From assembly GCA_041599135.1 (NCBI GenBank), contig JBFHXD010000001.1, positions 7,473 to 71,472 of the forward strand: a stretch of 64,000 nt of DNA. The letters run 5' to 3'. The stretch's first letter is position 1. The number at the start of each line of letters is the position of its first letter. Positions 51,803 to 59,001 of this stretch are shown piece by piece. The translations under genes were made by a program, and so were the position numbers. The notes beneath the pieces were generated by a model. The model was not told where the DNA came from. It ran no database searches and saw only the letters and a list, made by a program, of their open reading frames with translations. The stretch comes from Candidatus Methylomirabilales bacterium. GTDB taxonomy: Bacteria > Methylomirabilota > Methylomirabilia > Methylomirabilales > CSP1-5.

Positions 51803-53073
51803 GATAGCCTCTCTTTCTTCGACGAGGCGTCGCCAGCGGTCCACAACAGGAGGAGGAAGAATAGCGGAGCACCAATGGCCGTCAGGATCAGAAACCATGT
51901 GGCCTTTCCGAAGGCTGACAGCAGGACGATACCATAAATAAAGTCTCGGTTCGCCAGAGCGTCCAACAGCCGAGACACGCCTGGCGCCGGTGATCGCACA
52001 ATCGACGTAAAGAGAGGACCGTCTGAGCGCTTTTCGCGCATCGTATGCCAATAGGCGAACCAGGCCGAGCCCACAGTGCCAGCAACCGCCATGGTTCCCA
52101 GCAGCAAGGGCCACGGCGCCTGGACGGCAAGACTCCACCCGACCGCCATGCACGAGAACACCGCAACATGGACTGCGTTATCTCCCCAGAAATCGATCAG
52201 ACCGCCCCAGCGGGACTCTTGAAACTTCAAGCGGGCCAGCTCGCCATCGCACCCATCCAGGATGGAGTGTGCCAAAAAGAGGAGCGCACCGGTGAGTTGA
52301 TACGCCGGGCTCGAGGAGAGAAAGAAGGGAGCAGCGAGCAACCCGATCCCAATACTCACGGCGGTCATGGTGTTGGGTGTGATGCGCGTAGACACGAGCC
52401 GGCGAGAAATCGCCAGGGAGATCCATCGCTCGAAGTGACGCGACATGAAGCCTTCGGTCTCTTTGACCAGCCCGCGGAGGAGCCAGTCCTCAGCCTTGGC
52501 AACATCGCGTGGTCTGGTCAGAGCGAGCATCCCGTGCTGACCAAGCGGCTGGTCTACCGTATTGAAGGACTGCCCGAGGGCGGCGAAGAGGCCTGAAGCC
52601 GGAAGGGCACGCGACACAATCGAGGAAATCGTGTGCGAGTCGGCCGCGTCGATCACTGCCACCCCTTCGGCATCGCGATACAGCATCCCGGGCTCGACCG
52701 GCATGTTCAAGAGCCTCCGGAACGAATCCGTTTGGGCAAGGACATTCGCCGCGAGGAACACAATACGTCCGGGCGGGAGCGGCTCGATCGTCTCACCAGG
52801 AGGAAGCACCGTGGCCGGCACGCCATTAAGCAGACGCCGCATCCCAGCAGGCTCCGCGGTTTGTACTACAATCCGCTCGAACCCCGCACGACGAGCTGCC
52901 AACACACTCCGACGTAACAGGGGAAGCCCCAAGAGAACCGTGCGAGGTGAAACCTGCGTGTGTTCACCGGTAGACGGAACGATGAACAAGACACTTCTCG
53001 CAGTCGCGCGCTCTTGAGCGTTGTGGCTTGCTGTCGTCACGCCGACGAATTCAACCTTGCCCATCCCCATCAT
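51799..53073 (-). CDS. DIPPS-type CDP-alcohol phosphatidyltransferase fused to a degenerate nucleotidyltransferase-like N-terminal domain
   Basis: ATG 53073 forms ATGA with the upstream stop. ILDGCDGELARLKFQESRWGGLIDFWGD fits DxxDGxxAR...GxxxDxxxD. The linker FMSRHFERWISLAISRRLV...ITPNTMT resembles IPCT/DIPPS. The N-terminal domain lacks GxGxR. Confidence 0.8.
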   Translation of the reverse strand: MMGMGKVEFVGVTTASHNAQERATARSVLFIVPSTGEHTQVSPRTVLLGLPLLRRSVLAARRAGFERIVVQTAEPAGMRRLLNGVPATVLPPGETIEPLPPGRIVFLAANVLAQTDSFRRLLNMPVEPGMLYRDAEGVAVIDAADSHTISSIVSRALPASGLFAALGQSFNTVDQPLGQHGMLALTRPRDVAKAEDWLLRGLVKETEGFMSRHFERWISLAISRRLVSTRITPNTMTAVSIGIGLLAAPFFLSSSPAYQLTGALLFLAHSILDGCDGELARLKFQESRWGGLIDFWGDNAVHVAVFSCMAVGWSLAVQAPWPLLLGTMAVAGTVGSAWFAYWHTMREKRSDGPLFTSIVRSPAPGVSRLLDALANRDFIYGIVLLSAFGKATWFLILTAIGAPLFFLLLLWTAGDASSKKERLS

Positions 53074-54125
53074 CGTGCTGCAATCAGCGGTAACGGCCCA
53101 GGGACTGGAAGCCATGCTCCGTCTTGCCGACTGGAGTCTTGGGCCAACGCCTCCAAGGTGACACAGAGAGAGGCCTCCACCACACTTTGCCCCTTGACGG
53201 TCGCGCCACCGGTCACCTCTGCTACGAAGTCGTTTGCCACCCCCTGGAACCAGTCAGGGTGATGGGAGCCGGTCGATAAGGCAGGAGGACACACCCATCG
53301 CTGCTCGCCCACCTGGGAATTCAATGGGGTCAGCACCACGGTGTCGTCCTCGATACGCAGCATCCCCCGGCTGCCTTCCAGGCTGGCCCAGTTCCGTCTC
53401 TCCGTGGAAGCCCACGTGACAAAGACTTCCGCCGTCGCACTGGAAAACGCGAGCCGAACCGTCGCGGTGTCCTCGATCGGCCACTCCGTGTACCGCCGCC
53501 TTTCCAGTCGCGCGCTGATCTGATCCGGCACCTGGCCCATCCATGCGTACAGGACATAGAACGCATGCCACCCATGGTCCATCAGGACCCCGCCTCCGGC
53601 CACGGCGGGGTCGACGCGCCAATTTCCATCCTGGGCTTCGACGGCCGTCGCAGGCTTCGCGCGAAGGGTCTGCCAGGTGCATCGCTGGATTTCGCCGATC
53701 GATTCCTGCCGGAGAAGCTCAGACACTTTCCGGATGAGAGGCGCCTGATGCCAGTTGTGCACCGTGGACAGCACGCGGTCATTCTTGGCCAGAAGTTCGG
53801 CCACAGCATCCAGGTCTTCTCGCCGACTCACCAACGGCTTTTCGCAGAGGATATGCAAGCCATGCTGCAGCGCAGTCCGAATCAGCGCTGCATGCGTCGC
53901 GGGCGGTGTACAGATATCCACGAAGTCAACCACCTCGCCGACGAGCAGCGCATCCAGGGATTCGTACCAGCGGGCCCGAGGCAGATGTTTCTGCAGTTCT
54001 TGCCGCCGTGCCGAGCACGTATCAGCCGCAGCGACAATTTCAATATCCGGTCGCTCCAACCATCCCGGCAGGTGCCCGTGGACCGCCACATTTCCCAGCC
54101 CAATAATTGCTCCCCGCAAGGTCAT
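53070..54125 (-). CDS. Gfo/Idh/MocA-family NAD(P)-dependent oxidoreductase (inositol dehydrogenase-like)
   Basis: In-frame ATG 54125 lies 1 nt after the upstream TAG. GAIIGLGNVAVHGHLPGW Rossmann start and the ILCEKPL motif. Confidence 0.85.
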   Translation of the reverse strand: MTLRGAIIGLGNVAVHGHLPGWLERPDIEIVAAADTCSARRQELQKHLPRARWYESLDALLVGEVVDFVDICTPPATHAALIRTALQHGLHILCEKPLVSRREDLDAVAELLAKNDRVLSTVHNWHQAPLIRKVSELLRQESIGEIQRCTWQTLRAKPATAVEAQDGNWRVDPAVAGGGVLMDHGWHAFYVLYAWMGQVPDQISARLERRRYTEWPIEDTATVRLAFSSATAEVFVTWASTERRNWASLEGSRGMLRIEDDTVVLTPLNSQVGEQRWVCPPALSTGSHHPDWFQGVANDFVAEVTGGATVKGQSVVEASLCVTLEALAQDSSRQDGAWLPVPGPLPLIAAR

Positions 54126-54126
54126 A

Positions 54127-55452
54127 CTATCCAAGTCGCCATGCCTTGGCGACCGCCGCCATGGCCTCATCCAGGATGGCCAACCCCTCCAATGCGGTGC
54201 CTTCTTTGATAATCAACGGTGGATTGAGGCGAATGACGGGTGAATAACACATGGCCACCAGACCCCGTCGCAGGCACTCCTGAAAGAGCGCCCGCGTCAC
54301 CTCCGTCGGGAGGAGCTCCTTCGTTACACGATCCTTAACCAGCTCCATCCCGAGCATCAGCCCTTTGCCGCGCACATCTCCCACAAACCGGTATTTCTCT
54401 TTCAGCGCCTCGAGCCTCGCCAGCATGACCGCCCCGACGCGCTCTGCATTTGTTACAAGGTCCTCTTTCAGAATAATTTCCAGCGAAGCGAGGCCAGCGG
54501 CAGCGCCCAGCGGATTCCCGCCATAACTCGAGGAGCTGCCGCTGGGATTGGCAAATGGTTTCGCCCGCGTCAGTTCGTCCGTCGAGATGATCCCACTAAT
54601 AGGAAAGCCGCCCCCCATGCCTTTGCCGACCGCCATAACATCGGGCACGACGCCGTCATGATCGCATCCCCACATTTTCCCGGTCCGTCCGAACCCGGTC
54701 AGCAACTCATCCGCAATGAGCAGCGCATCGTGTTCCTTGGCAATCGCCTGTACCGCCCTGAGAAAGCCGTCCGGTGGGATGACATTCCCGGACGTCCCTT
54801 GCATCGGCTCGATGACGATTGCTGCGATTTCGCCCTGCGTCTGGTAGCGAATGAGGTGGCGAAGGTGTTCCGCGCAGGCAATGCCACAATCCGGATAGGT
54901 CAAATGCAACGGACACCTGTAGCAGTGGGCATACGGAGACAGGTAGAGTCCCGGCATAAACGGCCCCAAATGTTGCTTGAAGTCGTCTCCCAGGAGTCCC
55001 AACACCCCGCCGGTCTTGCCATGAAATCCTCCCCAGAACCCGACAAACTCAAACTTGCGCGTCGCCGACTTGGCCAGCCGGAAGGCCGCCTCCACCGCCT
55101 CGGCCCCCCCCGAAAACAGCTGGATACGGGAGAGCCCTTCCGGGGTGACTGAGGCAAGGAGCTCGAGGAACCGGTTCCGCGTGTCCGTTGTAAAACTGCC
55201 AAAGGTCAGGCGTTCGACCTGCCGTCGTAATGCATCGACATAGTGCGGATGACAGTGCCCCACACTGCCGACACCAATCCCGGCGATGAAATCGATGTAC
55301 TCGTTCCCATCCTCGTCGATCAGGGTGCAGCCTTTCCCCCGAGCCATCGCCAACTCTGAGTAGAGCGCGATGGACTGAAGCCCAGGGGCCATGTGTCGCT
55401 GTTCCTGCTCGACAATGTGGAGTGAGCGGGGCCCTGGTACCTTCCGACTCAT
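54127..55452 (-). CDS. Class-III (PLP) aminotransferase
   Basis: FSGGAEAVEAAFRLA, IIEPMQGTSGNVIPP, LLIADELLTGFGRTGKMWG and VMAVGKGMGGGFP (PLP Lys) are canonical class-III blocks. Confidence 0.9.
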   Translation of the reverse strand: MSRKVPGPRSLHIVEQEQRHMAPGLQSIALYSELAMARGKGCTLIDEDGNEYIDFIAGIGVGSVGHCHPHYVDALRRQVERLTFGSFTTDTRNRFLELLASVTPEGLSRIQLFSGGAEAVEAAFRLAKSATRKFEFVGFWGGFHGKTGGVLGLLGDDFKQHLGPFMPGLYLSPYAHCYRCPLHLTYPDCGIACAEHLRHLIRYQTQGEIAAIVIEPMQGTSGNVIPPDGFLRAVQAIAKEHDALLIADELLTGFGRTGKMWGCDHDGVVPDVMAVGKGMGGGFPISGIISTDELTRAKPFANPSGSSSSYGGNPLGAAAGLASLEIILKEDLVTNAERVGAVMLARLEALKEKYRFVGDVRGKGLMLGMELVKDRVTKELLPTEVTRALFQECLRRGLVAMCYSPVIRLNPPLIIKEGTALEGLAILDEAMAAVAKAWRLG

Positions 55453-56291
55453 CGGACCGATCCTCTGCTGAACCGGGCCTCCAGGTACGAGGCAATCCGC
55501 GCCGACGCCTCATCGCGGTATAACGCAAAGCTCGGCCAGGCATTCAGATCAATCAACATGACTGCTCCCTCTTTCGTCGCGATGGCATCGCCGCCGTAGA
55601 CCTCAAGACCCAGGGCCGCCGCCGCCTGTTGGACGAACGCGGCCAGCACCTGGGTATCGAAGGGGTACCTGGCTAACTGCTGCTCCTTATGGTAGAACCA
55701 TTGAAACCATGGCTGGTATCCCGGAACGTGGCCAGGATCCCCGACGCCGTAAAATTTGATCAGGTCGCCGATGATATTGGGCTGGATCACCGCTTGCGGA
55801 ATCCCGCGCTGGGCGAGATTCTGGAGGGCTTCCTGAGCCGCGGCTCGGGTCGGCGCAAAGACCACGTCACCCGCCTGAGTATTGTGAACATCGGCTCGTT
55901 TGACCCAGACCGGTTCAGCGACCTGAGGGTCTGCCGCTGCCGTCGAGACAAACACGCTCCGCGGAAAGGGAATGGCGGCTTGCTCAATGAGAGGGATCAT
56001 GCGGTCCCGGTACGTATTGAGCACCGCCGATGGACTATTCACCTGAAGGACGCCCCGCGCTTCATACCGGGAAAGTAAACGGAGGACCGCGGGGCGCTCA
56101 CACATCAGAAAGATGAATGCCGGAGGCTGATCGTCTGTCTCGCTCACCTCGTCCGGGTTTTTCAGGCTCACCTGGAATCCCCGAGCTTCCAGATGCTTTC
56201 CCGTCAGCCGAAGGATTTCCGCATCATCAAACTCCCGTCCGGGCGAATGGGTCTGCTCCCGAAAAATTCCCAAGCACCACAGATCGCTCAC
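55449..56291 (-). CDS. ATP-grasp-fold enzyme (carboxylate-amine ligase or inositol-phosphate-kinase-like)
   Basis: VWVKRADVH...VIQPNIIGDLIKFYGVGD...LGLEVYGGDAIATKEGAVMLIDLNAWPSF fits ATP-grasp B/C-domain motifs. 4-nt overlaps on both sides. Confidence 0.65.
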   Translation of the reverse strand: MSDLWCLGIFREQTHSPGREFDDAEILRLTGKHLEARGFQVSLKNPDEVSETDDQPPAFIFLMCERPAVLRLLSRYEARGVLQVNSPSAVLNTYRDRMIPLIEQAAIPFPRSVFVSTAAADPQVAEPVWVKRADVHNTQAGDVVFAPTRAAAQEALQNLAQRGIPQAVIQPNIIGDLIKFYGVGDPGHVPGYQPWFQWFYHKEQQLARYPFDTQVLAAFVQQAAAALGLEVYGGDAIATKEGAVMLIDLNAWPSFALYRDEASARIASYLEARFSRGSVR

Positions 56292-57025
56292 CGCGGCTCT
56301 CCCGACGCACGCTGCTGCGGCTGCCCTGCGCGGCTGGCCAGCATTTCAGCCAGGGAGATATCCTCGCCCCGATCGACATCCACCACGGCCGGCAGGATGA
56401 CCCCGTATACGGGCTCTCCCAGATTCAGCAGCCAGACCAGGAACTCCCGCAGCCTTTTCACTCCGAGCGGAGGGGACATACGCCGTACCCGTTCGGGAAC
56501 GAGATACATCCCCGCCGTGACGACATCCCCGGCGTCCTCGCCGAGGTATGTAACGCGACCAGACGGGTCCAACCTCACCCACAGTGGGCGCTCGTCATCC
56601 GCAAACGGTGTCACCGCCAGGACAGTCGCGTCAGGGGGAAACCGCTCAGCCGTTCGCATAAACGTGACAAACGCCTCTGGAGGACACCAGGCATCCACCG
56701 TGGAAATCAGGGCCCGGTCCAAGCCCAGTCGACTGCCCACTTCCAAGAAACTTTCAAGCGACGAGTCTGTCGTCTTTACGATGATCTCGAGGTCGAGATG
56801 GGGGAAGTGCGACCGTATCCAGTCTTCACACTCGCGTGCCTGTTCGTTGACGATGATGACCAAAGCAGAGGTCCCGGCAGCCAAAAAGTTTCGGATGACG
56901 TGTTCGATCAACGGCATTCCGGCCACGGGGACCAGAGGCTTCGGCATCGTCCAGCCGGCCTGTCGCAGGCGGACACCTGCCCCCGCCGCAATGATTCCCC
57001 CCTTTACCATCGGTTCACCGTTCAT
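56288..57025 (-). CDS. Nucleotidyltransferase (NTP_transferase family; candidate inositol-phosphate cytidylyltransferase)
   Basis: ATG 57025 forms ATGA with the upstream stop. GGIIAAGAGVRLRQAG...PKPLVPVAGMPLIEHVI is an intact GxGxRL/PKPL signature. Confidence 0.8.
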   Translation of the reverse strand: MNGEPMVKGGIIAAGAGVRLRQAGWTMPKPLVPVAGMPLIEHVIRNFLAAGTSALVIIVNEQARECEDWIRSHFPHLDLEIIVKTTDSSLESFLEVGSRLGLDRALISTVDAWCPPEAFVTFMRTAERFPPDATVLAVTPFADDERPLWVRLDPSGRVTYLGEDAGDVVTAGMYLVPERVRRMSPPLGVKRLREFLVWLLNLGEPVYGVILPAVVDVDRGEDISLAEMLASRAGQPQQRASGEPR

Positions 57026-57792
57026 AACAAGAACTCCCGCAGTCCCTCCAGGGTATGGACCACCGGGTCGTTCGGACAGCACGCCGCTGCCGCCGGAGAT
57101 GCCTCGGGCGTCAGCCAGACATGCGCCATTCCAACGCCGCGCGCACCCGCCATGTCGCGGTGCAAGGAATCTCCGACAAAAACCGCCTCGGTTGGCTCAG
57201 CTTTCAACGCCGCCAACGCGAGCAAAAAGATCTGCGGATCCGGCTTGGTGTATCCGACCTGAGCGGAGTCCACCGTGACCATCAGGAATCGGCTGAGCCC
57301 CACCTCATCGCACACCGTGGCGAGGTTGCCATAGAAGTTCGAGACGATCCCCAGCCGATACCGGTGGCTGATCTCACCCAAGAGTTGCACGCTCGCCGAG
57401 AGTCGCTCCTGCGCTTCATCCAGGAAACGCTTGGCGACCCGTTCACCAAGCATGAGATCCCGCAAGCCGAGACCGTGGGTTACATCCTGGGCAAGTCGCG
57501 TTACCGTATCCCGCAGCGAGACGGTGGCAGGAATGACGCCCACGAGCGCATCATCGGCTCTATAGAAGACCGGATCGAATTGCTCGGAGGAAAGCTCGAC
57601 CCCTTCATCCCGGTACAACCGAAAGAAGCGTTCCTTCCAGGGGGTGCCGTTGGCATCTAATGTGCCGCCAAAGTCGAACAGGACCGAGGTCCACGCGCTC
57701 TTATCCACGGTCGACCGTGAGCTCTGCAACCCTCGACTCATCTTCATGTAACGCTTTCGTGCTTGATGGCTCTTTGAGCCATGGCCAACCAA
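57022..57792 (-). CDS. HAD-superfamily hydrolase/phosphatase
   Basis: Motif I LFDFGGTLD, motif II IVSNF, and motif III/IV KPDPQIF...VGDSLHRD. The start could be one of the internal ATGs (57747 or 57741). Confidence 0.7.
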   Translation of the reverse strand: MVGHGSKSHQARKRYMKMSRGLQSSRSTVDKSAWTSVLFDFGGTLDANGTPWKERFFRLYRDEGVELSSEQFDPVFYRADDALVGVIPATVSLRDTVTRLAQDVTHGLGLRDLMLGERVAKRFLDEAQERLSASVQLLGEISHRYRLGIVSNFYGNLATVCDEVGLSRFLMVTVDSAQVGYTKPDPQIFLLALAALKAEPTEAVFVGDSLHRDMAGARGVGMAHVWLTPEASPAAAACCPNDPVVHTLEGLREFLL

Positions 57793-58795
57793 GGCGGGTG
57801 CCGTACCGCTTCAACAGCACCACCATCCCCGGCACAATCCAGATAAGCTCCCGTCCCCGGCGCACCAGGCTATAGGCCATGCCTTGGGCAGCTGGCAGGC
57901 CGAGAAGCATAAACACCCCAACCCGTGCGCCTTCTGCGCTGCCGACCCGCCCCGGGATGAATACGAGCAGGCTGTTGAGGACCATCGCGACCGTCTCGAC
58001 GGCCACCGCCGTCATCCACCCGGCTGTCGGGGTCAGGAGACGCAGAATCACATAGGTTTCCACGAGCCCCCCGCACCATCCAACCAGGCACCAGCCTGTG
58101 GCGGCAGCGAACCAGCGGCTCTGCTTGCTACTATAGAAGGTCTGGATGTTGGCATCAAGCGCTTCTGCCACTGGATAATAGGCCTGCAGTCGGGAAGACA
58201 GGGGTTTCCAGCGCGCCAACCGATGGAGGATTGGTAAAAAGGTACCTCTCCGCAGCGCCCATGCCATCAGAACAACAGCCACGCCCATTCCAACCAGGAG
58301 TGCTAAGGCGGCCAGCTCGACCGCAGTCGGCAGATCAAATTGCGACAGGCAGACCACCATGCCCGCGGTCAGAAACAGCCATTGCGACAACAGCTCGGCG
58401 TGCTTGTGGACCGTGATCGAGGCAAGGGCTTGGTTCAGTCCCAGGCTCTCGCGGGACAGATCGGCTCTCACCGGTTCTCCCGCAATATTGCCTGAGGGGA
58501 TCAAGTAGTTGATAGTATGACTCGCAAGGTACACGCCAAAGAGACTCATGAATTTCGAACGCCGCACCTGTGGATCAATGAGCACCCACCATCCGGCCGT
58601 AAAGGCGAGTTCGGCACAGACATAGAAGGCCGCCAGGGCGACAAACCACCCCCCGATTGCTGACAGGTTCGTTTGAATAGCCGACCACCCGACTGCCCAG
58701 AGCATCCAGGCGATCAGGCCGATACCGGCTAACACCAGCGCGACGTTCCCCGCCTGCTTCAGCACCTTTCGCTTACGCACGTGTCGAGGTTCCAT
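57701..58795 (-). CDS. UPF0104 / lysyl-PG-synthase-TM (flippase-like) integral membrane protein, HpnL-like
   Basis: 364 aa with about 8 TM helices and the basic N-terminus RKRKVLKQ. From memory, this is the family to which the hopanoid-associated HpnL and the MprF flippase domain belong. Confidence 0.65.
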   Translation of the reverse strand: MEPRHVRKRKVLKQAGNVALVLAGIGLIAWMLWAVGWSAIQTNLSAIGGWFVALAAFYVCAELAFTAGWWVLIDPQVRRSKFMSLFGVYLASHTINYLIPSGNIAGEPVRADLSRESLGLNQALASITVHKHAELLSQWLFLTAGMVVCLSQFDLPTAVELAALALLVGMGVAVVLMAWALRRGTFLPILHRLARWKPLSSRLQAYYPVAEALDANIQTFYSSKQSRWFAAATGWCLVGWCGGLVETYVILRLLTPTAGWMTAVAVETVAMVLNSLLVFIPGRVGSAEGARVGVFMLLGLPAAQGMAYSLVRRGRELIWIVPGMVVLLKRYGTRLGWPWLKEPSSTKALHEDESRVAELTVDRG

Positions 58796-59001
58796 GATGC
58801 ACCGGCTACTTTTCTCCTAGCTCCCGGACCGTTGGGGTGTTTCCGTCGCGGAAAGGCAATGCCGTCATAGAGCGGCGTCGTTTGGTAGGCCGGGGGACTC
58901 GCCGCCTGGAAAGACGGCTGTGAAGTGGTCCTGAGATCCGGCCTGCAGTGGCCGTTATCACAGGTAATTATACACACCGGCCGTCGTGAGGGAAAACACA
59001 A

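Noticed and set aside
50444-52153. The long 569-aa version of the ino1 ORF
   Set aside because: The first 117 codons overlap the CDP-alcohol transferase gene and are Arg/Cys/Trp-rich. ATG 51802 forms an ATGA junction with the upstream stop and begins a normal MIPS N-terminus.
56117-57278. 381-aa and 361-aa + ORFs across the ATP-grasp / nucleotidyltransferase / HAD genes
   Set aside because: They are antisense to three motif-bearing, ATGA-coupled genes. The products are extremely Arg/Pro/Ser-rich.
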